Assembly: GCA_029012445.1 (NCBI GenBank)
Contig: JAQXMC010000012.1
Location: 4,293 to 68,292, forward strand
Direction of reading: 5' to 3'
DNA from: Oscillospiraceae bacterium
GTDB lineage: Bacteria > Bacillota > Clostridia > Oscillospirales > Acutalibacteraceae
DNA: 64,000 nucleotides
Shown: positions 25,628 to 36,721 of the stretch, one piece after another
Position numbering within the stretch: position 1 is the first letter of the stretch
How the letters are laid out: every line of letters starts with the position of its first letter
Translations under genes and position numbers: made by a program
Notes under the pieces: model-generated
Seen by the model: the letters and a program-made list of their open reading frames with translations, nothing else
The model's database searches: none
Told to the model about the DNA's origin: nothing

Positions 25628-25943
25628 GGCGAATCGCTCCTTTCAAATATAAGCGTTTTGTTTGTCCGTTACCGCGTCGGCCGCAAGCCGGATTTTCGGT
25701 TTCACCCGCGCAGTCCGACGCTCTTCGTCAGCTTTCGGCGCGGCGCATTTTTCCGCAAACGGTATACGCACTTTTCATGTATCACTAAGCGTACAAAAAA
25801 ACAGAGGTTTTGTCAATAGCTATTGTGAATAATTAATACTAAATTTAAAAAACTTTCCTTGTTTTCCCCTTTTTTAACCGCCGTTCTATGCGTCGGATTT
25901 TCCGTCATAAGAAATTTACTGCGTACCGGTCGGAATCAGGGCG

Positions 25944-25979
25944 CAAAAATGCCGGCTTTCCGGAATTCGGCAAGCCGGT
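25944..25979 (-). terminator. intrinsic terminator downstream of the S1-domain gene
   Basis: 12-bp stem (one mismatch) followed by a T-run on the minus strand. Confidence 0.6.
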
Positions 25980-26015
25980 CTGATATATTTTCTCCTTTTC
26001 TGTCGGCGCTTTCCG

Positions 26016-26966
26016 TTATGCGCTTTCGGTTTCTTCTCTCGTGTCGAACACCGTCTCGATGACTTTCTCGCAGCATTCGGGCGAATAAACCCACCTGTCG
26101 ATATGCTCCGCCTGAGTGAAATATTCCACCGCGCTTTCGGGATATTCCGCGTCGAACGAATCGACTATTATCAGTTTGATTTTCATTCTCTCCGGGATCA
26201 GCGACTTCACATATACGCTTGCGTGCTGCCCCGGTCTGACATCGGGAACATATTCGGCCAGCCCCGCAAGGTTCGGCTTCAGCTCAACGAAAACGCCGTA
26301 TTTCTCGACCGAGCGTATAATTCCCGGAACTGTCTCGCCCGCCGAAAATTCACCGGCGTTCTGCTCCCATGTTCCGAGAAGCTCCTTGAAGCTGAGCGTG
26401 ATCCTGCCCTCTGAGTCAACGCACTTGACGACCGCCTTTATGTCGTCGCCCGTTCTGAACCTGACCGACGGGTGAGGGATCCTTGAAACGGAGATGCTGT
26501 CTATCGGCAAAAGCGCGCTGACTCCGGCGCCTATATCGGCGAACACGCCGAACGACTCCATGTGAGTCACCTTTGCGTTTATGACATCGCCCGGAACAAG
26601 ATGAGAGATATATTCTTTTATGCAGTCCTCCTGCACCTGCTTTCTCGACAGGATCGCAACGGTATGCCCCGACTCATCCTGCGTGAAGTCGGTTATTCTG
26701 AAAGCGACGGGCTTGTTCACCCTCGAAATAACGGCAATGTCCCTGACGGTGCCGTCGGATATTCCGATAGCGCCCTCCTCTCTCGGGATTATTCCTTTCA
26801 TCACCCCCAGGTCGACATGAAGATTGTGTTCCCTATCGCACATGACAGCCCTCGCTTCGATTATCTTTCTGCTGTAAAACGCTTCTTTGAGAAACGCTTT
26901 GGACGTCATTATGCTTAGGTTTTCCTTGGTTGAGATCAATGAGCCTTCCGGCATGAATTTTGTCAT
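26016..26966 (-). CDS. S1 RNA-binding domain protein (multiple S1 repeats)
   Basis: 316 aa with S1-type OB motifs: GDVINAKVTHMESFGVFADIGAGVSALLP and GETVPGIIRSVEKYGVFVELKPNLAGLAE. Confidence 0.8.
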   Translation of the reverse strand: MTKFMPEGSLISTKENLSIMTSKAFLKEAFYSRKIIEARAVMCDREHNLHVDLGVMKGIIPREEGAIGISDGTVRDIAVISRVNKPVAFRITDFTQDESGHTVAILSRKQVQEDCIKEYISHLVPGDVINAKVTHMESFGVFADIGAGVSALLPIDSISVSRIPHPSVRFRTGDDIKAVVKCVDSEGRITLSFKELLGTWEQNAGEFSAGETVPGIIRSVEKYGVFVELKPNLAGLAEYVPDVRPGQHASVYVKSLIPERMKIKLIIVDSFDAEYPESAVEYFTQAEHIDRWVYSPECCEKVIETVFDTREETESA

Positions 26967-27117
26967 GATTTTGTCCTTTCCGCCGTGAGACGGCTTTAAA
27001 GTCTTTGACTTCCATGGTATTTATATGCAGGTCATGAGCCTGATTATTAACGATTTCACTTTTTTCGGCCGCTCTGCCGCGAATACCGAAATAATTGAGC
27101 CTCCCTTTCGTCAGCGG

Positions 27118-27146
27118 TTGCGTTTTTCCTTTTCAGGTGTTATAAT
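27118..27146 (+). promoter_or_regulatory. promoter of DUF951-prfA region: TTGCGT-17-TATAAT
   Basis: Read on the plus strand, 29 nt upstream of the GTG start. Confidence 0.55.
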
Positions 27147-27174
27147 ATAATATAAATTTTCGGGAGGTCTTTTC

Positions 27175-27366
27175 GTGGATATAAGAGTAAACGATGTTCT
27201 CGTTATGAAGAAAAATCATCCCTGCGGCTGCAACCGGTTTGTCGTTGAGCGCTCCGGCATGGATTTTAAGCTCAGATGCGAAAAATGCGGTCATGAGATA
27301 ATGATCCCGAGAAGCAAGGCGGAAAAAAGAATAAAGCAGGTCGTGCGGGAAGAAAATGAGAAGTAG
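27175..27366 (+). CDS. DUF951 family small protein
   Basis: 63 aa containing VNDVLVMKKNHPCGCNRFVVERSGMDFKLRCEKCGH. GTG start after a GGGAGG SD. Confidence 0.75.
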   Translation: MDIRVNDVLVMKKNHPCGCNRFVVERSGMDFKLRCEKCGHEIMIPRSKAEKRIKQVVREENEK

Positions 27367-27418
27367 CAAATAAATTCTTGACTTTTAACCAACGCTTTAT
27401 ATCGAAAGGAATTTATTT

Positions 27419-28492
27419 ATGCTTGAAAAATTAAAAAATGTTGAGAAACGGTATGAAAAGCTGAGCGCCGAGCTGTTCAAGCCCGAGGTGATAAGCGACC
27501 GGGAAAAATACGCGGCGCTGATGAAAGAGATGAAATCACTCTCGCCCGTTGTCGAAAAATACCGCGAATACATCAGGGCGGACGAAGCCGCCGCAGAGGC
27601 AAAGGAGCTTCTCGAGCAGGGCGGCGCCGACAAAGAGCTTCACGAAATGGCGAGACAGGAGCTTGAAGAAGAAAAAGCCCTGCGAGACAAATGCCTTGAG
27701 GAGCTGAAGCTGCTGCTTCTTCCCAAGGACCCGAACGACGAAAAAAATGTTATAGTCGAAATAAGAGCCGGAGCGGGCGGTGAGGAGGCTTCTCTGTTTG
27801 CCGGCTCGCTTTATAGAATGTATTCAATGTACGCCGAGGCGAAGAACTGGAAATGCGAAACGCTGAACTCGAACCCGACCGAGCTCGGCGGCTTCAAGGA
27901 GGTCAGCTTTATGATCTGCGGCGAGGGCGCATATTCGAGGCTCAAATTCGAAAGCGGCGTTCACAGGGTCCAGCGGGTCCCGAAAACGGAGTCCGGCGGC
28001 AGGATCCACACCTCGACGGCAACGGTCGCCGTTCTGCCCGAGGCTGAGGATGTTGACATTGAGATAAACCCCGCCGATCTTCAGATAGACACCTTTCGCT
28101 CAAGCGGCGCCGGCGGTCAGCATATCAACAAGACCGAATCGGCGATCAGAATAACCCATATTCCGACGGGAACCGTCGTCGAATGTCAGGATGAACGCAG
28201 CCAGTATAAGAACAAGGATAAGGCAATGCGGGTTCTCCGCTCCAAAATACTCGAAGCGGAGAGAGAAAAACAGCAAAGCTCAATAGCCGGCGAGCGCAGG
28301 GCGCAGGTCGGAACCGGCGACAGAAACGAGCGCATCAGAACCTATAATTTCCCGCAGGGGCGCGTCAGCGACCACAGAATAGGACTGACGCTCTATAAAA
28401 TAGAAAGCGTCATGAACGGTGAGCTTGACGAGCTGATAGACGCTCTGATCACCGCCGACGCAGCCGAAAGGCTGAAAGCAAACGAGGAATAA
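27419..28492 (+). CDS. prfA: peptide chain release factor 1
   Basis: 357 aa with the PKT-type recognition region ([17 protein letters not shown]) and GGQ ([14 protein letters not shown]). Confidence 0.95.
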   Translation: MLEKLKNVEKRYEKLSAELFKPEVISDREKYAALMKEMKSLSPVVEKYREYIRADEAAAEAKELLEQGGADKELHEMARQELEEEKALRDKCLEELKLLLLPKDPNDEKNVIVEIRAGAGGEEASLFAGSLYRMYSMYAEAKNWKCETLNSNPTELGGFKEVSFMICGEGAYSRLKFESGVHRVQRVPKTESGGRIHTSTATVAVLPEAEDVDIEINPADLQIDTFRSSGAGGQHINKTESAIRITHIPTGTVVECQDERSQYKNKDKAMRVLRSKILEAEREKQQSSIAGERRAQVGTGDRNERIRTYNFPQGRVSDHRIGLTLYKIESVMNGELDELIDALITADAAERLKANEE

Positions 28493-28494
28493 AA

Positions 28495-29511
28495 ATGCAG
28501 ACAAAAATACTTTCAACAAGCGATGAGGATATAAAATACGCAGGCGGCGTTATCAGAAGCGGCGGACTTGTCGGATTTCCGACCGAGACGGTCTATGGCC
28601 TCGGAGCCAACGCTCTCGACGGCGAGGCTGTCAGAAAAATATTCGCCGCGAAAGGCAGGCCCGCCGACAATCCGCTGATAGTCCACATTTCCCGCTTTGA
28701 GCAGTGGCAGTCTCTGGTCACGGAAATACCGGAAAAGGCCGAAAGGCTCGCGGAAAAATTCTGGCCCGGCCCGCTCACGGTCATACTCAGAAAAAAAGAT
28801 ATAGTCCCTTACACAACGAGCGGCGGTCTCGACACCGTTGCGGTCAGAATGCCGAGCGACGAAACGGCCCGCCGTCTGATCGACGCAGCGGGCGTACCGA
28901 TAGCGGCGCCGTCGGCCAACACCTCGGGCAAGCCGAGTCCCACCTCGGCAAAGCATGTTTTTGACGATATGAACGGAAAGATCGAAGCGATAATAGACGG
29001 CGGAAAATGCGGCGTCGGCGTTGAATCGACAGTCGTCACCCTCGTTTCCGATGTTCCGACTCTGCTAAGGCCCGGCGGCGTCACACCCGAAATGCTCGAG
29101 GAGGTGCTCGGCGAAATAAACATAGACGAAGCCGTCTATTCAAAGCTCAGGGACGGCGTTAAGGCGACCAGCCCCGGCATGAAATATAAGCATTACTCGC
29201 CCAGAGCGAGCGTTGTTCTGCTCAAGGGAGAATTTGATAAATTCAAAGAGTATATTTCTTCTCACGCGGACGAAAATACCGTTGCGCTCGTCTTTGACGG
29301 CGAGGAAAACGGGCTCGGCGTCAAAGCCATAGCCTACGGCAGGCAGGACGATTCCCTGTCTCAGGCGCAAAAGCTCTTTGCCGCCCTGCGCGCCGTTGAT
29401 GAGCTCGGGGCCGATAAGGCCTATGTCAGGTATCCCAACAGAGAGGGCGTCGGGCTTGCGGTCTATAACAGGCTTATCCGGGCGGCGGCGTTTGAGGTGA
29501 TCGAGCTGTGA
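28495..29511 (+). CDS. tsaC: L-threonylcarbamoyladenylate synthase (Sua5/YwlC type)
   Basis: 338 aa containing GGLVGFPTETVYGLGANA, KGRPADNPLIVHI and a Sua5 C-terminal domain. Confidence 0.9.
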   Translation: MQTKILSTSDEDIKYAGGVIRSGGLVGFPTETVYGLGANALDGEAVRKIFAAKGRPADNPLIVHISRFEQWQSLVTEIPEKAERLAEKFWPGPLTVILRKKDIVPYTTSGGLDTVAVRMPSDETARRLIDAAGVPIAAPSANTSGKPSPTSAKHVFDDMNGKIEAIIDGGKCGVGVESTVVTLVSDVPTLLRPGGVTPEMLEEVLGEINIDEAVYSKLRDGVKATSPGMKYKHYSPRASVVLLKGEFDKFKEYISSHADENTVALVFDGEENGLGVKAIAYGRQDDSLSQAQKLFAALRAVDELGADKAYVRYPNREGVGLAVYNRLIRAAAFEVIEL

Positions 29512-30095
29512 TAATCGGATTGACGGGAAAAACCGGCAGCGGCAAAAGCACGGTCGCCGGACTGCTGCGCAAAATGGGCTTTTATGTCTGCGACGCCGAC
29601 CTCGTTGCGAGAGAGGTTATGGAAAAGGGCTCGGCTCTTCTCCCGAAGCTCGCGGAGGCCTTCGGCGGCGATATAATAAACGAAAACGGTGAGCTTGACA
29701 GAAAAAAGCTCGCCGCAAGGGCGTTTTCAGGCCGGAGCGAAACCGAAAAGCTGAACGCTCTGACGCATCCGGCGATCATTGAAAAAAGCTTTGCCGAGAT
29801 GAAAAACGCTCTTGATAACGGGTACAAGGCGGCTTTCTTCGACGCGGCGGCTCTTTTTGAGAGCGGCGCAGCCTCCCGATGCGACTTCACCGTGTGCGTC
29901 ACGGCTCCCGAAAGCGTGAGATTTTCGCGCATTATCGAAAGGGACGGTCTGTCGCCCGATGAAGCAGAAAGAAGAATGAACGCTCAGAAAGCGGATGACT
30001 TTTACACCGGTCGGTCGGACTTCGTCATTGATAATTCTCCGGGGAGGGATCTTGCTTCTCAGGTCGGCGAGCTTGTCCGACTGCTGAAATTATAA
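29508..30095 (+). CDS. coaE: dephospho-CoA kinase
   Basis: MIIGLTGKTGSGKST P-loop. GTG start overlaps the tsaC stop. Confidence 0.9.
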   Translation: MIIGLTGKTGSGKSTVAGLLRKMGFYVCDADLVAREVMEKGSALLPKLAEAFGGDIINENGELDRKKLAARAFSGRSETEKLNALTHPAIIEKSFAEMKNALDNGYKAAFFDAAALFESGAASRCDFTVCVTAPESVRFSRIIERDGLSPDEAERRMNAQKADDFYTGRSDFVIDNSPGRDLASQVGELVRLLKL

Positions 30096-30229
30096 CTCAG
30101 CAGGCATAGATAACCTTGTCGAAGTTTAAGAGCGGAAAAAATTTCGTTTTCACAGCTGCGGTTTCGTCCGTTCCGAGGGCGGAAAAGCAGCATAATCAGA
30201 TAATAATATTTTTAAAGGAGCGATATAAA

Positions 30230-31636
30230 ATGAGTGAAAAATCACAGGCTAAGGAGCTGAAAGAAAAGCTCTTTCTCAAGAGAGAGCACTGCTCGAAGGT
30301 CCTGAGCGATGAAGAGGTCAGAGTCTGCGACGAGTTCTGCGAGGGCTATAAAAAGTTTCTTATGAACGCAAAGCTCGAGCGCGACGCCGTTGATGAAGCG
30401 GTCAGAGAGGCCGAGAGCCGGGGCTTCAGTCCCTTTGACAAAAACAAAAAATACAAGGCGGGCGACAAAGTCTATCTCAACAACAGAGGCAAAGCGATAA
30501 TCCTCTGCGTTTTCGGAACGCAGAGCCTTTCGGGCGGCGTTAAGATAGCGGCGGCTCATGTCGATTCTCCCAGGCTCGACCTCAAGCCCAATCCGCTTTA
30601 TGAGAGCGACGAGATAGCTCTTTTCAAAACGCATTACTACGGCGGAATCAAAAAATATCAGTGGCCGACAATCCCCCTTGCCCTTCACGGCGCCATCGCC
30701 CTTGAGGACGGCTCCGTTATCAGAGTCAATATCGGCGAGGACGCGGGCGATCCGCAGTTTGTCGTCACCGATCTTCTGCCTCACCTTGCCTATGATCAGG
30801 TCAAGGAGCCTTTAGGCACGGCTATCAAGGGCGAAGAGCTGAATGTTCTTGTCGGCAGCCGCCCGTTCAGAGACGATGAGGAAAGCGAGCTTGTCAAGCT
30901 CAACATTCTGAATATCCTGTTTGAAAAATACGGAATAACCGAAAAGGATTTCCTTTCCGCCGAGCTTGCTATGGTTCCCGCCTATGAGGTCAGGGATATC
31001 GGCTTCGACAGAAGCATGATAGGCGGCTACGGCCACGACGACAAGGTCTGCGCCTATCCCGAAATGAGAGCTATCTTCGATGTCGGAACACCGAAATATA
31101 CCTCTCTTTGCATCTTCGCCGACAAAGAGGAGGTCGGCTCTATCGGCAACACCGGTATGCAAGCCGCCTTCCTAAGGTACTTTATAGCCGACATAGCCAA
31201 AGCCGAGGGACTTGACGCAAGAGATGTTCTCTCAAAGTCGGAGTGCCTTTCGGCTGATGTCAACGCCGCTTTCGATCCCACTTTCGCAAATGTCAGCGAA
31301 AAGAACAACACCGCTTATATCAACCACGGAGCGGTCATCACCAAATACACCGGCTCAAGAGGCAAGAGCGGCTCAAACGACGCAAGCGCCGAATTTATGA
31401 GCAAGGTCAGACGCATACTCGACAAAAACAATGTCGCCTGGCAGACGGGCGAGCTCGGCAAGGTCGATCAGGGCGGAGGCGGAACGGTCGCTCTCTATAT
31501 CTCAAACCTCGATGTTGATGTCGTTGATCTCGGCGTTCCCGTTCTTTCGATGCACGCGCCTTTCGAGGTCGTTGCAAAGTTCGATGTTTATATGACCTAT
31601 AAGGCCTGTCTTGCGTTCTTCGGCGACGACGAATAA
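30230..31636 (+). CDS. M18-family aminopeptidase
   Basis: Contains AAHVDSPRLDLKPNP, HYYGGIKKYQW, GHDDKVC, DKEEVGS and LSMHAP. I prefer the ATG at 30230 (AAGGAG SD) over the track start at 30116. Confidence 0.85.
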   Translation: MSEKSQAKELKEKLFLKREHCSKVLSDEEVRVCDEFCEGYKKFLMNAKLERDAVDEAVREAESRGFSPFDKNKKYKAGDKVYLNNRGKAIILCVFGTQSLSGGVKIAAAHVDSPRLDLKPNPLYESDEIALFKTHYYGGIKKYQWPTIPLALHGAIALEDGSVIRVNIGEDAGDPQFVVTDLLPHLAYDQVKEPLGTAIKGEELNVLVGSRPFRDDEESELVKLNILNILFEKYGITEKDFLSAELAMVPAYEVRDIGFDRSMIGGYGHDDKVCAYPEMRAIFDVGTPKYTSLCIFADKEEVGSIGNTGMQAAFLRYFIADIAKAEGLDARDVLSKSECLSADVNAAFDPTFANVSEKNNTAYINHGAVITKYTGSRGKSGSNDASAEFMSKVRRILDKNNVAWQTGELGKVDQGGGGTVALYISNLDVDVVDLGVPVLSMHAPFEVVAKFDVYMTYKACLAFFGDDE

Positions 31637-31653
31637 GGAATATCCCCGTTCAC

Positions 31654-31682
31654 TTGACAAAAACGAATTTCGGTAGTAAAAT
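31654..31682 (+). promoter_or_regulatory. promoter of sORF-4: TTGACA-17-TAAAAT
   Basis: Read on the plus strand, immediately after the aminopeptidase stop. Confidence 0.6.
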
Positions 31683-31711
31683 ATTCCTATCAATTTAAGG
31701 AGGAAAACACT

Positions 31712-31813
31712 ATGACGCTGGAACATTTCTTAGAGCTTATTTTTCTCGATTTCTTCGGCTACGCAAACAGATTTCTCGATTGGATCAAAGTGAATATTCT
31801 TCATCTTTCATGA
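31712..31813 (+). CDS. sORF-4: 33-aa peptide MTLEHFLELIFLDFFGYANRFLDWIKVNILHLS
   Basis: AAGGAGG SD 8 nt upstream of the ATG. A GC hairpin lies 12 nt after the stop. Confidence 0.55.
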   Translation: MTLEHFLELIFLDFFGYANRFLDWIKVNILHLS

Positions 31814-31850
31814 GAAGAAACCCCGAGCGGCAGGCAAGGCCTGCCGCTCG

Positions 31851-32002
31851 CAGCTTGTCGAAAGCACTTTTCGACAAGCTGTGAGACTGCCGGGAAATGA
31901 TGACCGATGGCATTTTCTTCGGTCGACAGGCGTACAAAGGTACTCCGAGACCGAAAAAATGCCAAGCATATATGCGTTCGGGCGCATTTATCGACAGTCT
32001 GT
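31851..32002. repeat. MITE-like repeat, copy 4 (modules C+A, inverted relative to copy 1, no module B)
   Basis: The reverse complement aligns end-to-end with 7141-7174 plus 7273-7390. It is flanked by duplicated hairpins at 31825-31850 and 32003-32028. Confidence 0.85.
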
Positions 32003-32112
32003 GAGCGGCAGGCAGAGCCTGCCGCTCGCTTTATTTATTTCTGCGGCTGTTGCGCCGAGCCTGCTTTCATGCTATAATATTTCAAATGATGTTATTCTCA
32101 ACGGAGGTAAAA

Positions 32113-32787
32113 ATGAAACTCAGATATAAATGTCTTGTCCTCGACCACGACGATACAACCGTCAGAAGCACCCCCGAGATCCATTATCCGCAGTGGCTTG
32201 AAACTCTCGCCGCTCTCCGCCCCGGAACAAAGATGAGTCTTAAGGAATTTATGAGCTATAATTTCGATATCGGCTTTTTCAGAATGTGCCGCGAGGTGAT
32301 GAATTTCACACCGGAGGAAACGGCCGTTCAGGATAAAATGTGGCGCGAATACACATCAAAGCGCGTCGCGCGTTTCTATGAGGGAATGCCCGAAATAATC
32401 AGCGATTTCAAGGCGGCGGGCGGCGTTCTCTGCGTTTCGACTCATTCGGGCGCCGAGAACATCAGGCGTGATTATGCGGCGCAGTTCGATATTCAGCCGG
32501 ATATGATCTTCGGCTATGATCTCGGCGAGGATAAAATAAAGCCCTCGCCCTACGCTCTCAACGAGATCATGAGGATATACGGCTTCAGGCCGGAGGAAAT
32601 GCTGATGGTCGACGATATGAAGCCGGGCTTCGATATGGCCGGAAGCGTGGGGGTTCCGTTCGCCTGCGCCGGCTGGTCGCATATTGTTGAGCATATAAAA
32701 GAATATATGAAAAATTTCTGCGACTTTTATCTTGAAAGTACAGACGAGCTGCGCGGTCTGCTGTTTGAGGACGCGGAGCGAAAATAA
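32113..32787 (+). CDS. HAD-superfamily hydrolase
   Basis: Motif I LVLDHDDTTV and motif IV MVDDMKPG. ATG at 32113 after a GGAGG SD. Confidence 0.75.
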   Translation: MKLRYKCLVLDHDDTTVRSTPEIHYPQWLETLAALRPGTKMSLKEFMSYNFDIGFFRMCREVMNFTPEETAVQDKMWREYTSKRVARFYEGMPEIISDFKAAGGVLCVSTHSGAENIRRDYAAQFDIQPDMIFGYDLGEDKIKPSPYALNEIMRIYGFRPEEMLMVDDMKPGFDMAGSVGVPFACAGWSHIVEHIKEYMKNFCDFYLESTDELRGLLFEDAERK

Positions 32788-32877
32788 TTGTTAAATATAG
32801 TGCTTTTTTGTTTTCATTGTGTTATAATAAATCAGATATGGCTGTTTTTCGGCCGATAATATTCAAGAGGTGATAAA

Positions 32878-35622
32878 ATGGGACTTTTCAAAAAGGTTTT
32901 CGGCGACTACTCGACCAGAGAGGTCAAAAGAGTAATGCCGATCGCGAACAAGGTCCTCGGCTTGGAAGAAGAGTATAAAAAGCTGACTGACGAAGAGCTC
33001 AGAAACAAGACCGATGAATTTAAGGAAAGACTCGCAAACGGCGAGACTCTTGACGATATTTTGCCCGAAGCTTTTGCGACCTGCCGTGAGGCGTCGGCGA
33101 GGGTACTTCAGATGAGGCACTTCCCCGTTCAGGTCATCGGCGGCATTATTCTGCATCAGGGCAGAATCGCCGAGATGAAAACAGGCGAGGGCAAAACTCT
33201 TGTTGCGACTCTCCCCGCTTATCTTAACGCACTGAGCGGAAAGGGCGTTCACATCGTCACGGTCAACGACTATCTTGCCCGCCGTGACAGCGAATGGATG
33301 GGCAAGGTCTACCGTTTTCTCGGTCTGACCGTCGGCCTCGTCGTCAACGGACTTGAGACGGACGAGAGAAGAGAGGCTTACGCCGCCGATATAACCTACG
33401 GAACAAACAACGAAATGGGCTTTGACTATCTTCGTGACAACATGGTCCAATATATCGAAGAAAAGGTACAAAGAGGTCACAACTTCGCCATAGTCGACGA
33501 GGTGGACTCGATTCTCATAGACGAGGCGAGAACGCCCCTCATCATTTCGGGCATGGGCGGAGAATCCTCCGTTCTCTATAAGCAGGCGGACGACTTCGCA
33601 AAACGGCTGAAAATGGCCAAGGTGACGGAGATCGACTCAAAGGAAAATGTTGAGGATATCAAGGATCTCGACGCCGACTATGTTGTTGATGAAAAGGCCA
33701 AAACGGCGACTCTCACAAAAAGCGGTATCGCCAAGGCCGAAAGCTACTTCGGAGTTGAAAATCTGACCGACCCCGAAAATCTCACCCTCGCTCACCACAT
33801 CAACATTGCGATCAAGGCGCGCGGCGTTATGAAAAGAGATATCGACTATGTCGTCAAGGACGGTCAGGTGCTCATCGTTGATGAATTCACCGGCCGCATC
33901 ATGATAGGCAGGCGCTATAACGAGGGACTTCACCAGGCGATCGAGGCCAAGGAAAATGTCAAGGTCGCCAGAGAAAACAAGACTCTCGCAACGATAACCT
34001 TCCAGAATTATTTCCGCCTTTATAAAAAGCTTTCCGGTATGACCGGCACAGCTCTGACGGAGGCTGACGAGTTCCAGCAGATATATTCTCTCGACGCTGT
34101 CGCCATTCCGACAAACAAGCCGCTCATCAGAAAGGACGACGACGATGTTATATATATGACGGAGGACTTCAAGTTCAACGCCGTTATAGACCAGATAATC
34201 GCCTGCCACGAAAAAGGGCAGCCCGTTCTTGTCGGCACGGTATCCATCGAAAAGAGCGAAAAGCTCAGCCGGGCTCTCAAGAAGAGGGGTATCAAGCATA
34301 ATGTTCTCAACGCCAAGTATCACGAAAAAGAAGCCGAGATCGTCGCTCAGGCCGGCAAGCTCGGCGCCGTCACCATAGCAACGAACATGGCCGGCCGAGG
34401 CACGGATATCATGCTCGGAGGAAACGCCGAATATCTCGCGAAAAGCGAGATGCGCCGCCTGGAGTACCCCGAGGAGCTTATCGCCGAGGCAACGGGCTTT
34501 GCCGAAACGGAGGACGAGAGCATTCTCGAAGCGAGAGAGACCTTCAGAAATCTCGAGAATAAATATAAGGAAGAGATAAAGGACGAGGCCGACGAGGTCA
34601 GAAAGGCCGGCGGTCTGTTCATTATAGGCACGGAAAGACACGAGTCACGCCGGATAGATAACCAGCTCAGAGGCCGTTCCGGCAGACAGGGCGATCCCGG
34701 CGAAAGCCGCTTCTATCTCTCAATGGAGGATGATCTTATCCGGTTGTTCGGCGGCGACAGAATGATGAGCATTATGAAGAGTATGCCTATCGACAACGAT
34801 ATGCCGCTTCAGATAGGCCTTCTGACCAAGGGCGTCGAGAACGCCCAGAAGAAGATGGAGGGCAACAACTTCGCTATCCGACTTCATGTTCTCAGCTATG
34901 ACGATGTCATGAACCACCAGAGAGAGATAATCTATGCTCAGAGGGATCAGGTCCTCAGAGGCGAGGATATGAAGCCCGTTATCTCAAAGATGATAGACGA
35001 GTCGATAAACGACAGCCTTGACCTTTATTGCTCCGACAGCATCGGCAAAGAGGATTGGAATTACGCCGGACTTCGCAGCGCTTATTCGTGGCTGATATCA
35101 GACAGCGACGAGATAGAAGAAATGACAAGAGACGAGATCGAGGAGCTTCTCACAAGCCGGGCGCACGCTCTCCACGAGAAGAAAGAGCAGGAGTTCGGCG
35201 CCGAAATGATGAGAGAAGCCGAAAGATCGATTCTTCTGCGCTGCGTCGATGTCAACTGGATGGATCATATCGACGCCATGGACGAATTCAAGCGCAGCGT
35301 CGGTCTGAGAGCCTACGGTCAGCAGGATCCCGTCGTCGTCTTCAGGCAGGAAAGCTATGATATGTTCGATCAGATGACGGCGAATATCCGCGACAGCGCA
35401 GTCAGAATGATCCTCAATCTCAGAATCCGCACAGAGGCCGATGTCAAGCGCGAGCAGGTCGCAAAGATCACAGGCACCTCAGGCGCGGGCGACGGCAGCG
35501 AAAAGGGGAAGACCGTCCGCAACAAGGAGAAAAAGATCGGCCCGAACGATCCCTGCCCCTGCGGCAGCGGAAAGAAATATAAAAAGTGCTGCGGCAATCC
35601 CGCAAACAGAAACAACGGCTGA
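32878..35622 (+). CDS. secA: preprotein translocase ATPase SecA
   Basis: 914 aa containing [39 protein letters not shown] and [10 protein letters not shown], with the C-terminal zinc motif [14 protein letters not shown]. Confidence 0.97.
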   Translation: MGLFKKVFGDYSTREVKRVMPIANKVLGLEEEYKKLTDEELRNKTDEFKERLANGETLDDILPEAFATCREASARVLQMRHFPVQVIGGIILHQGRIAEMKTGEGKTLVATLPAYLNALSGKGVHIVTVNDYLARRDSEWMGKVYRFLGLTVGLVVNGLETDERREAYAADITYGTNNEMGFDYLRDNMVQYIEEKVQRGHNFAIVDEVDSILIDEARTPLIISGMGGESSVLYKQADDFAKRLKMAKVTEIDSKENVEDIKDLDADYVVDEKAKTATLTKSGIAKAESYFGVENLTDPENLTLAHHINIAIKARGVMKRDIDYVVKDGQVLIVDEFTGRIMIGRRYNEGLHQAIEAKENVKVARENKTLATITFQNYFRLYKKLSGMTGTALTEADEFQQIYSLDAVAIPTNKPLIRKDDDDVIYMTEDFKFNAVIDQIIACHEKGQPVLVGTVSIEKSEKLSRALKKRGIKHNVLNAKYHEKEAEIVAQAGKLGAVTIATNMAGRGTDIMLGGNAEYLAKSEMRRLEYPEELIAEATGFAETEDESILEARETFRNLENKYKEEIKDEADEVRKAGGLFIIGTERHESRRIDNQLRGRSGRQGDPGESRFYLSMEDDLIRLFGGDRMMSIMKSMPIDNDMPLQIGLLTKGVENAQKKMEGNNFAIRLHVLSYDDVMNHQREIIYAQRDQVLRGEDMKPVISKMIDESINDSLDLYCSDSIGKEDWNYAGLRSAYSWLISDSDEIEEMTRDEIEELLTSRAHALHEKKEQEFGAEMMREAERSILLRCVDVNWMDHIDAMDEFKRSVGLRAYGQQDPVVVFRQESYDMFDQMTANIRDSAVRMILNLRIRTEADVKREQVAKITGTSGAGDGSEKGKTVRNKEKKIGPNDPCPCGSGKKYKKCCGNPANRNNG

Positions 35623-35720
35623 TAAAAGGCGGCGCAGATATGCTTCCCGCCGGCCGACACATCAGGGTACGCACCGAGCCGGTGCGTACCGGATAAAAAA
35701 CTAAACGGAGGAAAACAACC

Positions 35721-36698
35721 ATGACAAGACTTTTTCCGCTCATCGCCTATAAGGTGATGACAGTGATGCTCTCGATCATGTCCGCTCTCGGAATGATCTC
35801 AACGCCCTCGATCGACACGCCTGTTTCAACTGTCGATCCCGACACGGTCCAGATGACCTTCGCCGCCTGGGGCGACCCTCAGGTGTCAAACTATCTCTAT
35901 AAAAGAGAAGCGAGACTCGTCTCCGCCTGCAGCGATATCAAAAATTCTTCGGTTAAGCTCGACGCTCTCGTTATCGCCGGCGATATCGCCGAAAACGGCC
36001 TCGAAAGCGAATACAGAGTGGTCGCCGAAAACCTCAACGCTCTGAAAGACAAGGTCGACAACTTCATCATCGCCTACGGCAACCATGACTCAAGACTCAA
36101 GGCCTATCCGCTTCAATCAAAGAGAATTATGAAATTCCACAACAGCGTTTCAACAAAGCATCAGCTCACCGATCACCTCTACTATTCGGCAGAGGTCAAG
36201 GGCTACAAATTCATCGTTCTCAACAACGATAAAACCATGTTTGAAGAGGGCTATTACAGCCCCGAGCAGCTTGAATGGCTCGACAGCGAAATTGCTTCGA
36301 CTCAGGGCAGCGGAAAGCCCGTTTTCGTCGTCAACCACCAGCCGCTGAAAAAGTCTCACGGCCTTCCAAAAACATGGAACGCTCCCGAATGTCTGGACAA
36401 GGGCTCTATCGGCGAACAGTCAGATCAGATTCAGGCTATCTTTGAAAAATACAACAATGTTATTTTCATCACCGGCCACTTACATATGGGCTTCGGTCAA
36501 TACACCTATGAAGATCGCGGCTCCTATAAGCTGATAAATCTCCCCACGATCGGCTGCAGCAATTCCGACGGCTATGACGCCGACGGTCAGGGCTATATCT
36601 TTGAGGTTTATCCCGACAGGATCATCGCCAGAGCGAGAGTTTTCTCAACAGGCGAATATATGCCGCAATATGACATCACGATCCCGCTCAATTATTGA
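35721..36698 (+). CDS. secreted calcineurin-like metallophosphoesterase
   Basis: Signal-like N-terminus. Motifs are AAWGDPQ, AGDIAENG, GNHD and GHLH. Confidence 0.75.
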   Translation: MTRLFPLIAYKVMTVMLSIMSALGMISTPSIDTPVSTVDPDTVQMTFAAWGDPQVSNYLYKREARLVSACSDIKNSSVKLDALVIAGDIAENGLESEYRVVAENLNALKDKVDNFIIAYGNHDSRLKAYPLQSKRIMKFHNSVSTKHQLTDHLYYSAEVKGYKFIVLNNDKTMFEEGYYSPEQLEWLDSEIASTQGSGKPVFVVNHQPLKKSHGLPKTWNAPECLDKGSIGEQSDQIQAIFEKYNNVIFITGHLHMGFGQYTYEDRGSYKLINLPTIGCSNSDGYDADGQGYIFEVYPDRIIARARVFSTGEYMPQYDITIPLNY

Positions 36699-36721
36699 TA
36701 AATAATCAAGAATCAAAAATC

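Noticed and set aside
27081-27125. AGGGAGG SD-like sequence on the minus strand upstream of the S1-domain gene, considered as a seventh sORF
   Set aside because: No ATG, GTG or TTG lies within 5-12 nt of the SD; only an ATT does. Its complement CCTCCC could instead pair with the DUF951 SD about 65 nt downstream, but that is too speculative to report.
33637-34641. 334-aa minus-strand ORF inside secA
   Set aside because: It is antisense to secA with no motifs. The same reasoning applies to 57683-58402 (inside gyrB), 21029-21742 (opposite the TVP38 gene), 13737-14459 (opposite the Cys-rich protein gene) and 15377-16063 (opposite sdaA).
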